This document shows, piece after piece, positions 8,568 to 18,476 of a stretch of 45,791 nt of DNA. This DNA is from Beijerinckiaceae bacterium (GTDB lineage: Bacteria; Pseudomonadota; Alphaproteobacteria; Rhizobiales; Beijerinckiaceae). Location: positions 1-45,791 of the forward strand of contig CAZZZJ010000001.1 of assembly GCA_964658355.1 (NCBI GenBank), read 5' to 3'. Each line of letters begins with the position of its first letter. Position 1 is the stretch's first letter. The translations under genes and the position numbers were made by a program. Under the pieces are notes generated by a model. That model was not told the DNA's origin. It saw nothing but the letters and a program-made list of their open reading frames with translations, and did not search any database.

Positions 8568-9446
8568 TTGTGCCTACTGAGGCCCGCGCGAGAGATCACA
8601 TCGGTTGGGGGCAACTTGAACACGACCATTCCGAAGACACCCACCGAAGTCCGCAGCGAGCGGTCCAAGGCTGCCCTGGCGAAGAGCGAGCGGATGAAGG
8701 CCGGGGCGGCCCGCCGCGCCGAGGACCGTACCAAGGCCGCCGAGATGCGACGGCGCCAAGTCAGCAGGAGGTTTGACCCGCCGACCCCCGAAGCCATCCT
8801 TGGGTGTGCTGGCTTCTACGATGCGTGGGTCTCTCACCTATCCCAGGGCACGGAGCTGCCTATCGGGACCTTGCTGCTTCTTGTCGGGCGCTGTTCTCAC
8901 GGTCCGGTCTTCGACGCCCATAGCGTTCCGCCGCCGGTTCCAACATGGTCGGGCAGCTATGCCATCAGCTTTCAGATGGTCGGCCGGGAGGAGCAGGGGC
9001 GCTACATCGACCCATTCGGCTTCCTAGTCCTCCGCGTCCTGACACTGTTCGTAGACGAGATGCCCGCCCTCTCGGGGAAGACTGTCGCGGGCCGCCCCGA
9101 GCACCTGCCGATCCTAGCCGAAGGGTTCACGCTCGGCCGCCTCTTGGTCAACGCCGATGCTGACGAGGATGTACGGCTTCACCCCTCCAGCGGCCGGCTA
9201 GACCTCGGGCCCTGGGCACTGGAGCGCGTCCCGGGCCGCCCTTGGGCCAACCGGGAGCGACATCACGCCATCGAGCGGGCCTTGAAGTTCTACACGAAGA
9301 ACGCCCGCCGCTGGAGCCTGGAAAGCACCATCACCGCTCGACAGTACGAAGACCTCATCAAGGGTGTCTTCCGTCTCTACGATGCGGTGAACGCCAAGCA
9401 CCTAATGCGGCCCATCGGGCTGGTTGGCGAAGCTGCCGAGGACTAA
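8568..9446 (+). CDS. Hypothetical protein, degenerate HNH-like; paralog of 9699-10394
   Basis: Shared blocks TLGRL..NA, AIERAL.F, IT...L....FRL.DA; true start may be TTG 8616. Confidence 0.75.
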   Translation: MCLLRPAREITSVGGNLNTTIPKTPTEVRSERSKAALAKSERMKAGAARRAEDRTKAAEMRRRQVSRRFDPPTPEAILGCAGFYDAWVSHLSQGTELPIGTLLLLVGRCSHGPVFDAHSVPPPVPTWSGSYAISFQMVGREEQGRYIDPFGFLVLRVLTLFVDEMPALSGKTVAGRPEHLPILAEGFTLGRLLVNADADEDVRLHPSSGRLDLGPWALERVPGRPWANRERHHAIERALKFYTKNARRWSLESTITARQYEDLIKGVFRLYDAVNAKHLMRPIGLVGEAAED

Positions 9447-9698
9447 CCAGAGTTCCTAGAGCGTCGGCCGTTTTCGGCTGAGCAGCCCTCCAAGCGCACC
9501 TACCCCATTCGGCTGCCCCACCTCCGCGGCGGCCATCACCCATCACAGCCCGACACCAACCCCCGCCATCACTCGGGGGAACGCTGCCCGATGCCCGCTT
9601 CAAGTCGGCCTCTCGGGTGGCGGGGCGGAGCTGTGCCCGCCGTGCCGGACCATCATCACCGGCTCACCTCCCGCACCCCACAAGGATGAAGCCACCCC

Positions 9699-10394
9699 AT
9701 GGCCGATACCTCCGCCACGACTCGCCAGCATCGCCCCCGCTACCTCCCGATGAGCCCCGAGGCCTGGGAGGCCCGCACCACCTACTTGAGGCTTGCCCTC
9801 GCCCAGCTCAAAGACCCCTCCGCCCCCTATCCAGACATCAAACTCCTCACGGTCGGACCTCATGGCCCCTTCACGGCCACCTGGGCGGCCCCGGCCTCGG
9901 ACGGTGGGGGTCTCTCTGTCCACTTCACGGTGAAGAACCCGGAGCGGGGCCCGCGGTGGTGCCCGCCCGAGGTCTTCCTGATGCTCGACCTCCTGCTTGC
10001 TTTCGGAGGTGGGGCCTCGGTGAACGACAACGGCCGGGGCTGGGCCTACGTCCGCCCTTGGAGCGGGAACTACCGGCACACCCTCGGGCGGCTCGTCGCT
10101 AACGCAGGGCTCGGTGACGTGGTGAGGCAGGACAAGCGGGCCGACCATCACGCCCAGCACCCGCAGCATTTCCGGGTGACATCGGGCTCCCCCAGGGCAG
10201 AGCATTCCCAGGGCACCCCGAGGCGGAGCCGCCAGGACGCCATCGAGCGGGCCTTGCACTTCTGGGACTGCAACCACCCCCGATCCGCCATCGCGATCAC
10301 CCGGGATGAGTTCGCCACTCTCCTCCGGGACAGCTTCCGCTTGGTGGACGCCTACTATGCCGAGGACCCAGCCACCGCCGACAAGGCGGCCTGA
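9699..10394 (+). CDS. Hypothetical protein, degenerate HNH-like; paralog of 8568-9446
   Basis: NGRGWAYVR...HTLGRLVANAGLGDVVRQ resembles the phage HNH N-half but lacks the D-H catalytic pair; AAGGA RBS. Confidence 0.78.
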   Translation: MADTSATTRQHRPRYLPMSPEAWEARTTYLRLALAQLKDPSAPYPDIKLLTVGPHGPFTATWAAPASDGGGLSVHFTVKNPERGPRWCPPEVFLMLDLLLAFGGGASVNDNGRGWAYVRPWSGNYRHTLGRLVANAGLGDVVRQDKRADHHAQHPQHFRVTSGSPRAEHSQGTPRRSRQDAIERALHFWDCNHPRSAIAITRDEFATLLRDSFRLVDAYYAEDPATADKAA

Positions 10395-10672
10395 GGTCTT
10401 CCACCAAGTTCCCCGCGCCGCCTGATGGGGCCGGCCACATGCGGGGGAAAGGGCCGGGGGTGGTTCCTCTGGGGTGGCTTCCGCCCCCGGCCCGACCACA
10501 ACACCGGCACTAGAACCTGAGGCTCCCCCGAGCCCGTCCCCCTGCCGATACACCAACCACCACCGTCACCATCAGCACCACCGCTCCGAGGCCCCCGCCG
10601 CGGAAGCCACCCCATGCCCATCAGCACGGGGTCTCGGAGCACGTCCCCACGTCCAGACCCAAGGTCACCCCC

Positions 10673-13600
10673 ATGCCAAGAGCACCCTACAGACCCGTCG
10701 AGGAAACCGAGGCCCTCCGCCCGGTAGCCTCACCCGTTGACACGTTCGTCACCCCCCAGGCCCCTTCCCGCGGCACCTCCCTCCAGGACCTAGCCCGCTC
10801 CCTCTCCTGTCTCGGAGGCAACCTCGGGTCCTTCGTTGAGAAGCGGGACAAGGACGCGGAGGAGGCCGACCGTCTCCGGGGCAAGGCCGCCTTCTGGCAG
10901 TCCAACGGTACGGGCGCGGCCGAGGGGGTCTCCAAGGGTCTCATCCCTGCCCAGGCCTCCCCCCAGTTCATGAAGGGCTACAAGGAGACCGAAGGTGAGG
11001 TCGCCGGGGGGCAGCTCGAACAGAAGTTCGCGGCGGCCTACGACACCTGGGAAGGCAAGACCTCGACGGACCCCAAGGCCTACGACCAGTTCATCAGCGG
11101 GTTCCTCAAAGACAACATCCAGACCAAGGACCCGGATGTGCTTCGAGGTCTTATCCCCAAGGTCCACCAGATAGCTTCGAACTACCTCCAGAGGCACATC
11201 GGGGATGCCTCGAAGGCCACCATGCAGGGCTACACCACCGTCCTCTCGGCCCGGGGTGACCAAGCCATCCAGGATGCCAACACCACCGGCCTCGCCACCC
11301 GGAAGGGCACCGACTACGTGGGGGTCTTCGGCAGGCTCGATGCCATCCGCGAGGAAGGCCTCAAGACCGGGGCCACCCGGGAGCAGCTCGATGAAAAGCT
11401 CATCGACACCATCACCAGCAATGCGGTGACCCAGAGGGACCCTAAGCTCCTCGACTTCCTGGACCGCAAGGTCCCCGGGCAGGACTACACTTGGGGCAAC
11501 ACCCCCTATGGCCGGGACGCCCGCCAGAAGACCATCGACACCCTGGAGACCATGGGCCGGAAGTCCATTGCGGACGACGAGAAGAAGCGGCGGGAGGAAA
11601 AGACCGAGGCGAAGGATACCGTCACTCGGGAGACCATCCAGGCGATCACCAAGGCCCCCAACGAGCCGATCCCCGAGGACCTTCTGGCCAGGGGGGAGAA
11701 GGTGGACCCCGACTTCCGGGTCAACGCCATTCGGTGGCGCGACACCATCGGCAAGGGCACCCAGACCTCCGACAACGGGGAGATGCTCGCGGTCACCACC
11801 GACATCCTCAACGGGGGTGGTCTCCGGCGCGTGCAACGGGCCATCTCGGACGGGGTTTTCAAGAACCCCGAAGACCTCACCCGGGCGTACAAGCTCGCGG
11901 AGAGCATGAAGGAACACGGGCCGGCAATCACCGCCGTCTTCTCCTCAGACCAGTCCAAGGCCATCGAGCGGACCATTCGGGAGCGGACCCTTACCCAGAA
12001 CAACTTGGAAGCCGTCATGGACCCGGACGGCATGTCGGATACCGGGTTGGCGGCCAAGCGGGACTACAGGCTGGCCCTGCTGACGTGGCGGCAGGCCAAC
12101 CCCGATGCCGACTTCATCGCCCAAGAGAAGGCCATCGGGGAGATTGGTGCGTCCATTCTCAAGCGCATCACCCTCAGCGACACGGGTGGCGGCACCTACA
12201 GCCGGGAGGGGCTACCCGAAGACAACCCCTTCGTCCGGGCGCCCACCCCCGAGGCGCCCACGGTGGCGGGCTCGAAGGTCACCCCTAAGCCCAACCCCTT
12301 CGGCGGTCGCGATGCACCCCAGGCGCCAGGTGCGCCCCAGGCCGGCACGGTCTCGCCCCCGGGACCCCAGGCGCCGGCTCCGGCAGTCCCCGCTGCTCCC
12401 CGGACGCAGGCCACCCCGGAGCAGGCGGGCGCATGGTTCAACGGCCTCCCGGCGGAGACCCGAGGGGCCATCGAGATGAAGGCGGCCCAGGAGAAGAAGC
12501 CCCTCACCCTCAAGATGCAGGAGCTTTACGCGAGGGGTGTCGAGCGGGGCATCATCGCGCCGCCCGCCGCTCCGGCACCCACGGGAGCCACCGGCAAGCG
12601 GTCCGACCTCAGGGCCCCGGACGGAACGCCCATCGAGACCGCCAGCGCCACGGTGGGCCCGACCGAGGCCGTCGATTTCCAGAAGGCGTTTGCCGGGGCC
12701 TTCGCCGGCAAGGCCACCTTCGACGGCACCACAGCCACGCTCAACAACCGGACCTTCTCCCAGCCCACGAGTGCCGAGGCGGTCGCTCGCCAATTCACCG
12801 GGCTGGACGAGAACGACCCCCAGGGCCGGGCGGTGCTCACGGCGTTCCTCTCGAAGTCCGCCGGCAAGACCATCGACCCCGCCAAGATACCCTGGTGCGC
12901 CGCCTTCGTGGACAGCGTGCTCGATGCCTCGGGCCACGCCACCCGGGGGTCCCTCATGGCGAAGGACTTCCTCGACTACGGCACGGCGGTGGACAACCCA
13001 ACCCGGGGCGACGTGGTGGTCTTCAAGTCCCTGGCCCGCGGGTCCTCGGGGCATGTTGGCTTCGTGGTCGGCATCGAGGGCGACCACGTCCGGTACTTTG
13101 CGGGCAACGACAACGGCAAGGCCCAAGAGAGCACCCTCCCGCTGGACAAGGTGGCGGGCTTCCGCAGGCCGCCCGAAGCCGGCGGGGCGACGCTCGGGGG
13201 GCAGACCGCACAGAACATCCAGGAGGCCTTCAAGGAGGCCCTGGCCAACGCGGGGGCACCTCAGGGGAACTACGCGTCAGCGGACCTGAAAGCCGACCCC
13301 CGGGCCGCCCGCATCCTCGACTTCGTGGCGGGGCCGGAAAGCAAGGGGAACTACAATGCCTTCTTCGGTAACGCGGATAGCACCAAGGACCTTTCCGGCA
13401 TGACGCTGGACCAAGTGATGGCATGGTCCGGGGACCGGGGAACCAAGTCCTCCGCAACCGGTCGATACCAGTTCATGAGGGAGACCCTCGCAGGCTTAAA
13501 GACCGAGCTGGGTCTCACCGGCACGGAGCGGTTCACACCCGCTTTGCAAGATCGCCTCGCCCTCTCTCTTCTGGAGCGCCGGGGCTACCGAGACTTCGCG

Positions 13601-14248
13601 GCTGGCAAGATTACTCCCGACCAGTTCGCCAACAACCTCGCCAAGGAATGGGCCGCCCTGCCGAACATGCAGACGGGCCGGAGCCAATACGCCGGGGACG
13701 GTCTCAACAAGTCCCTCGTGACTCCCGACGCGGTCCGCAATGCCCTCACGGGGAGCGGAGCGTTCCCCGGGGCCGCTCTCAAGGAAGCCGCCAAGACCGT
13801 CACCGCGGCCACCATCTCGAAGGCAGGCGGCCTCACGGATCGGCTTCGAGGCATGTTCGGGGGTGGCAGCCCGAAGCCGGCACCGGACGCCTACGCCAAT
13901 GCGCCCGATGCCCCGACCCAAGCCCGGCTTCGCGCATCCAACCCGGACCCGGTGGGCAACAGTGAGCAAGTCCTCGGCACCCTCGCGCCGGTGCTCGCGG
14001 CTGCCATCAGGAAGGCCCAGGCGGACAACCCCAAGCTCCGCATCGTGGTCGCGTCCAGAAGCGGAGAGGGGGCGGAGGTCTGGCCCGTGGACGCCAACGG
14101 ACGGGTCTCCTTCGAGCCGGGGCATCAGGATGCCGTGGCCGCTGCCATCCGCCGTTCCGCGGTTCAACTCGGCGCTGGGGTGAACGTGGGCGGCGGCACG
14201 GGAGGAGGCCGCACGCACTTCGAGCTGGCGGCGACCACCCCAGTCTGA
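10673..14248 (+). CDS. Internal virion (ejection) protein, T7 gp15-like N-region, with NlpC/P60, lysozyme-like and degenerate M15 peptidase domains
   Basis: N-terminus LRPVASPVDTFV.P...LQDLARSL; PWCAAFV...GDVVVF...GHVGF (TIGR02594/NlpC-P60); PESKGNYN...SSATGRYQF...FTPALQD...LAKEWAALP (lambda-R/COG4678-type muramidase); C-terminal HFEL. Confidence 0.8.
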   Translation: MPRAPYRPVEETEALRPVASPVDTFVTPQAPSRGTSLQDLARSLSCLGGNLGSFVEKRDKDAEEADRLRGKAAFWQSNGTGAAEGVSKGLIPAQASPQFMKGYKETEGEVAGGQLEQKFAAAYDTWEGKTSTDPKAYDQFISGFLKDNIQTKDPDVLRGLIPKVHQIASNYLQRHIGDASKATMQGYTTVLSARGDQAIQDANTTGLATRKGTDYVGVFGRLDAIREEGLKTGATREQLDEKLIDTITSNAVTQRDPKLLDFLDRKVPGQDYTWGNTPYGRDARQKTIDTLETMGRKSIADDEKKRREEKTEAKDTVTRETIQAITKAPNEPIPEDLLARGEKVDPDFRVNAIRWRDTIGKGTQTSDNGEMLAVTTDILNGGGLRRVQRAISDGVFKNPEDLTRAYKLAESMKEHGPAITAVFSSDQSKAIERTIRERTLTQNNLEAVMDPDGMSDTGLAAKRDYRLALLTWRQANPDADFIAQEKAIGEIGASILKRITLSDTGGGTYSREGLPEDNPFVRAPTPEAPTVAGSKVTPKPNPFGGRDAPQAPGAPQAGTVSPPGPQAPAPAVPAAPRTQATPEQAGAWFNGLPAETRGAIEMKAAQEKKPLTLKMQELYARGVERGIIAPPAAPAPTGATGKRSDLRAPDGTPIETASATVGPTEAVDFQKAFAGAFAGKATFDGTTATLNNRTFSQPTSAEAVARQFTGLDENDPQGRAVLTAFLSKSAGKTIDPAKIPWCAAFVDSVLDASGHATRGSLMAKDFLDYGTAVDNPTRGDVVVFKSLARGSSGHVGFVVGIEGDHVRYFAGNDNGKAQESTLPLDKVAGFRRPPEAGGATLGGQTAQNIQEAFKEALANAGAPQGNYASADLKADPRAARILDFVAGPESKGNYNAFFGNADSTKDLSGMTLDQVMAWSGDRGTKSSATGRYQFMRETLAGLKTELGLTGTERFTPALQDRLALSLLERRGYRDFAAGKITPDQFANNLAKEWAALPNMQTGRSQYAGDGLNKSLVTPDAVRNALTGSGAFPGAALKEAAKTVTAATISKAGGLTDRLRGMFGGGSPKPAPDAYANAPDAPTQARLRASNPDPVGNSEQVLGTLAPVLAAAIRKAQADNPKLRIVVASRSGEGAEVWPVDANGRVSFEPGHQDAVAAAIRRSAVQLGAGVNVGGGTGGGRTHFELAATTPV

Positions 14249-14268
14249 GCCGAAAGGAGTGTAGCACC

Positions 14269-14544
14269 ATGTCGAGCAAGACCCCCGGCACCACCTCTCC
14301 CGAGGACCACGACGCCCCGGGGCCTCAGGAGGACGTGGCGGCCGACATCCGGCACCTCTTCGAGGAAGCCCACGCGGCTGGTCTGGGGTCCGACCCCGAG
14401 GCCCTACCGGAGCTGCCCCCGGAGGCCAGCGTGTCGCCCCCCGCGGACCCGCCGGCCTGCATGATGGTGGACGCGGTCGAACGGTACGTGGACGCCTTGG
14501 AGGAATGGGCGGAGCACCTCCGGCAAGGCAACCGGACCCATTAG
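14269..14544 (+). CDS. Small acidic hypothetical protein
   Basis: Strong AAGGAG RBS; sits between the two large virion-protein genes. Confidence 0.6.
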   Translation: MSSKTPGTTSPEDHDAPGPQEDVAADIRHLFEEAHAAGLGSDPEALPELPPEASVSPPADPPACMMVDAVERYVDALEEWAEHLRQGNRTH

Positions 14545-14653
14545 GGCCCCAGCCGCACCACGCCATCCGCGCCACCACCCGACCTGAGACCAACCCCGCA
14601 GTGCCATCGAGGCCGGCCCGACGCCGCGCCCTGGGTGGGCTGCCCGCCCCCCT

Positions 14654-17600
14654 ATGCCTGGAGCCACCCCCACGATGACCTTGGACGAACTCGAAGCCCT
14701 CGACACGCCCACCCCGCCGACCCAGGCGCCGGCCCAACCCCGCGCTCTCTCGCCGGCTGACATCGAGGCCCTGGACGCCTCGCCCCCGCCCGGGGCCGCC
14801 ACGGCACCCCCGAGCGGCGGCACCGGCATGACACCGGACCAGTTCCGAGACCTGATGGGGGAGGGAGCGTCCGCCGAGCCCACCCCCGAGACCATCGGAC
14901 CGCATGGCCTGGACGCCCCGGCCGACACCGCGGCCCGCTATGACGCCTCCGGGCAGATCGGCGGGGCCATCGTGACGGGTGCCGCCAAGTCGATCTATCA
15001 GACCTCGGACTTTTTGTTCGGCAAGCCGGAGGAGGCGAACAAGACCGAGACCCGGCGCAGCGTCGAGGCGCTGGACAAGTCCCTCGGGGAAAGCAGCATC
15101 GCCAACTCCTTCGTCTCCGGCCTCTCCCAGTTCGCGGTGGGTATGCTCGGAGCCGGCAAGGTGGTCTCGGCCGCGAAGCTCCTCCCGGTGGCCGGTGCCG
15201 CCATCACCGGAGCGGAGGCGACCCGGCGCGGCGCCATGTTGCTGTCCACCGGCAAGGCGGCGGCGGTGGGCGCGGTGGCGTTCGATCCCAACGGCCCCCG
15301 GCTGTCGGACCTCGTGCTGCTCAAGGGCCCCTCGTGGCTCCAGACTCCTGTCACCGCCTACCTCGCCCACACCGGCAACGAGGACGACACCCCGGCCCTC
15401 GGGCGCATGAAGAACGCCCTGGAGTCCATCGGCGTGGACGCGGCCATGGCGGGGGTCTTCGCCCTCAGCGTGAAGGGCTACGCCAAGGTCCAGGCCTACC
15501 GCGCCAGCAACGCCACGGCGGAGGAGGTGCATGCCGCCACCGAGGAACTTGCCCAGGCGGTGGCGCATAAGGACGCCAAGCTGGCGGCCAGCAAGGGCGA
15601 CACCGAGACCCTGGCTGCCCTCCGCGAGACCCACCCCGAGGCGACCGCCCAGGCCGAGGCCAGCCTCCTTCCGGCCCGTCCCGAGGCGGCGGGCACCGAG
15701 GTGACCACGAGGGCGGACGGCACGGCGGAGGTGACGCTGCCCGAGCTGCGCACCGAGACCCCTGCGGCCGAGACCACCGGCATGGCCACGCGGCCAGCTC
15801 CGCTCTTGGAGGTCTCCGATGAGCAGGTCTCCCGCCTGATCCAGCACGGAGAGGCCGACACCGCGGCGCTGATGGGCCCCGGCGGTTGGGAGGGTGCCCT
15901 GGAGCGGGGCTACACGTTCGGGGACGGTGGCCGCATCCCCTGGCAGAAGTTCGCGCTGGAGGCGGAGCACGCCCCCGGCACCTCGCCCCTGGATCAGGTC
16001 ATCCGCCGGGTCTCCGATGAGTTCGCCGGGGAGATTGCCGCCGGGAAGGTAGGCGACGGGCCGACAGGCGTGCGGTCGGACGCGATGCAGGACCGGATGA
16101 TCGCCCAGCGCGTCGCGCTCTACGGGGACGACCCGGCGGAGCTGATGGGCGCCCTCCAGCTCGCCGGCCGGAACGCCGATGGCATGGTGGCGGACGTGGC
16201 GGCGGCCGACCTCATTACCCTCCGGGCGGCCACCGACGCGGCCAACCTCGCGGACCGCATCAAGCTCGGGACGCTGGAGGAGTACGGCGGGGACCTCTCG
16301 GCCGCCATGACGGCCCTCCGGGGCCACTATCAGGTGGCGGCCACGGCGCGGGCTCAAGGCGCGGCCATCGTGGCCAACGCGGCGCGGACCCTGCGGCGGC
16401 AGCGGGCGGACTTCGCGTACAGCCTGGAGGACGTGGCCGCGATGGGCCGGCTGTCCGATGCCAAGATGCTCAACCTCATCGAGGCGGCCGGGCGGGACCC
16501 GAGGGTGGCGGACAGGCTCCTCCGGCGGGGCTTCTGGTCGAGGCTCCAGGACGACGCGAGCTACCTCTACGTCAACAACCTCCTCTGGGGATTGCGGACC
16601 CACTTCGTGAACTTCACCACCAACTCCTACATGCTCGCGGGGCGGCCCCTGGAGCGGATGATTGGAGGGGCGTTGCAGGGTGACCGGGCGCTGGTAGCGG
16701 AGAACGCCCGCCAATACGCCTACTTCGCCACCTCCCTTCACGAGTCCTGGCGCGATGCTGTCCGCACCTGGACTACAGGGGAGAGCATCCTCGCCCCGCA
16801 CACTGCCGAGCTAAACGCGGCCACCGCCGGCCGGTCCACCAACTGGGTGGCGGAAGGGTTCAAGCCGGCGGACGCGGTGCCGAGCATCCTGAGCAACGCC
16901 TACACCGGCTTCATGAAGGCCGCCGGGTTGCCCACCCGGGCACTCGGTGCCGTCGATGAGCTGGTCAAGCAAGTGGTCTACCGCTCGAAGGTCCAGGCGG
17001 CGGCCCATGCGGATGGCATCGTGCAAGGCCTGGAGGGACCGGCGCTCACCGAGCACGTCCGCCGGACGCTGGACAAGGCGTTCGATGATGCGGGCCGCGC
17101 GGTGGACTTGAAGGCCCTGGAGGAGGCGAACGTCGCCACCTTCCAGCAAGACCTCCTTCCGGGGACGGTAGGCTCATGGGTCCAGGGCGGGACCAACACC
17201 ATCGGGGCGCTGCGCTTCGTGGTCCCGTTCGTGAAGACCCCGACCAACGTCTTGCGGATGGGCTGGAAGCTGACTCCGGGCCTCAACCTGTTGCAGGGCG
17301 AGTACCGCAGGATGCTCCGGGGCGAGATGGGCGCGGAGAAGCAGGCCCAGGCGGTGGGACAGTTCGCAATGGGCTCGCTCTTCATGGGCACTGCGGCCGT
17401 CTTAACCCATGCCGGTCACGTTACCGGCGGCGGCCCGATGAACTCGGAGCTGCGCAAGAACCTGATGGCCACCGGGTGGCAGCCGTACTCCTTCGTGATC
17501 CCCGGCGAGGACGGAGCGCCGACCTACGTGAACTTCGGGCGCTACGATCCCATCGCCATGCCCTTCGGGATCATCGCGGATGTGGTCGATATCCTGGAGC

Positions 17601-18460
17601 GGGACCAGGACGGCGATGGGCCGGGGGAAAAGGCGGTGGCGGCCTTGGGCGGGGTCTTCCTCTCCCTGGTCAAGCAGCTCGGCCAGAAGACCTACCTCTC
17701 GTCCCTCAACGACACCCTCTCGGCCATCACCAGCCCGGAGAAGGGTGGTCTGTCGAAGATGGCCGGGGGCATGGCGTCGAACTTCGTGCCCTTCGCCTCG
17801 GGCCTGCGCTTCGTGAACCCGGACCCGAACATGCGGGAGACCCGGAGCATCGTGGACAAGATCATGGCCACCGTGCCGGGCCTGAGCGAGACGCTGCCAG
17901 CGAAGCGCGACCTCTTCGGAGACCCGATGACGGTCCACAAGGGGCTCTGGGTCCACGGCAAGGATGGGCTGGTGGATGCCGAGGTGCGCCGCATGGTGGA
18001 CGAGGCGGAGGTGGGACCGTTCGGGGCGCCCAGCTCGACGTTCCGCGGGGTGGACCTCCGGGACGTGACGACGAAGGACGGGCGAAATGCCTTCGAGGTC
18101 TACCAGGAGCTAGCCGGCCACCCGCCCCGCAGCCCGAGCTTGAAGGAGATGGTGGGCCGGCTGATCGCCACGGGGGCGTACCAGAGAGCGCCGGACAGGG
18201 ACCCCGAGGTGGACAACCAGAAGGGCACCAAGCAGGCGATGCTTACGGGGACGGTCCACAAGTACCGGGACGCGGCGGGCAAGCGACTGATGGCGGACCC
18301 GGTGGTGCGCGAGGCGGTCTTTAGGCAAGCCGTGAGGGGCCGTGCGGTGGGGGTGGCTAAGGCGGCACCGAAGACGGACCAGCAGGCGGGCGCCGGGACC
18401 ATCGCGCAGGTGGGCCGTGCGTTCGGGGTGGACTTGAGCGGGATGGTGCCGGAACAGTAG
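14654..18460 (+). CDS. Large internal virion (ejection) protein, T7 gp16-like, with LPD38-like C-terminal region
   Basis: 1268 aa, helical, Gly/Ala-rich hydrophobic segments near the N-terminus; VPFVKTPTN and GWQPYSF...YVNFGRYDPIAMPFGIIAD motifs typical of podovirus internal proteins. Confidence 0.78.
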   Translation: MPGATPTMTLDELEALDTPTPPTQAPAQPRALSPADIEALDASPPPGAATAPPSGGTGMTPDQFRDLMGEGASAEPTPETIGPHGLDAPADTAARYDASGQIGGAIVTGAAKSIYQTSDFLFGKPEEANKTETRRSVEALDKSLGESSIANSFVSGLSQFAVGMLGAGKVVSAAKLLPVAGAAITGAEATRRGAMLLSTGKAAAVGAVAFDPNGPRLSDLVLLKGPSWLQTPVTAYLAHTGNEDDTPALGRMKNALESIGVDAAMAGVFALSVKGYAKVQAYRASNATAEEVHAATEELAQAVAHKDAKLAASKGDTETLAALRETHPEATAQAEASLLPARPEAAGTEVTTRADGTAEVTLPELRTETPAAETTGMATRPAPLLEVSDEQVSRLIQHGEADTAALMGPGGWEGALERGYTFGDGGRIPWQKFALEAEHAPGTSPLDQVIRRVSDEFAGEIAAGKVGDGPTGVRSDAMQDRMIAQRVALYGDDPAELMGALQLAGRNADGMVADVAAADLITLRAATDAANLADRIKLGTLEEYGGDLSAAMTALRGHYQVAATARAQGAAIVANAARTLRRQRADFAYSLEDVAAMGRLSDAKMLNLIEAAGRDPRVADRLLRRGFWSRLQDDASYLYVNNLLWGLRTHFVNFTTNSYMLAGRPLERMIGGALQGDRALVAENARQYAYFATSLHESWRDAVRTWTTGESILAPHTAELNAATAGRSTNWVAEGFKPADAVPSILSNAYTGFMKAAGLPTRALGAVDELVKQVVYRSKVQAAAHADGIVQGLEGPALTEHVRRTLDKAFDDAGRAVDLKALEEANVATFQQDLLPGTVGSWVQGGTNTIGALRFVVPFVKTPTNVLRMGWKLTPGLNLLQGEYRRMLRGEMGAEKQAQAVGQFAMGSLFMGTAAVLTHAGHVTGGGPMNSELRKNLMATGWQPYSFVIPGEDGAPTYVNFGRYDPIAMPFGIIADVVDILERDQDGDGPGEKAVAALGGVFLSLVKQLGQKTYLSSLNDTLSAITSPEKGGLSKMAGGMASNFVPFASGLRFVNPDPNMRETRSIVDKIMATVPGLSETLPAKRDLFGDPMTVHKGLWVHGKDGLVDAEVRRMVDEAEVGPFGAPSSTFRGVDLRDVTTKDGRNAFEVYQELAGHPPRSPSLKEMVGRLIATGAYQRAPDRDPEVDNQKGTKQAMLTGTVHKYRDAAGKRLMADPVVREAVFRQAVRGRAVGVAKAAPKTDQQAGAGTIAQVGRAFGVDLSGMVPEQ

Positions 18461-18476
18461 GCGGACAAGATGGTGG

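Noticed and set aside
10673-14248. Endolysin or secreted T6SS/T4SS effector
   Set aside because: The hydrolase domains are appended to a ~600-aa virion-internal-like region next to a gp16-like gene; no adjacent holin, signal peptide or secretion genes
13496-16801. 1101-aa minus-strand ORF
   Set aside because: Antisense shadow of the two virion-protein genes; Arg/Gly/Pro-rich with no motifs, typical of high-GC DNA
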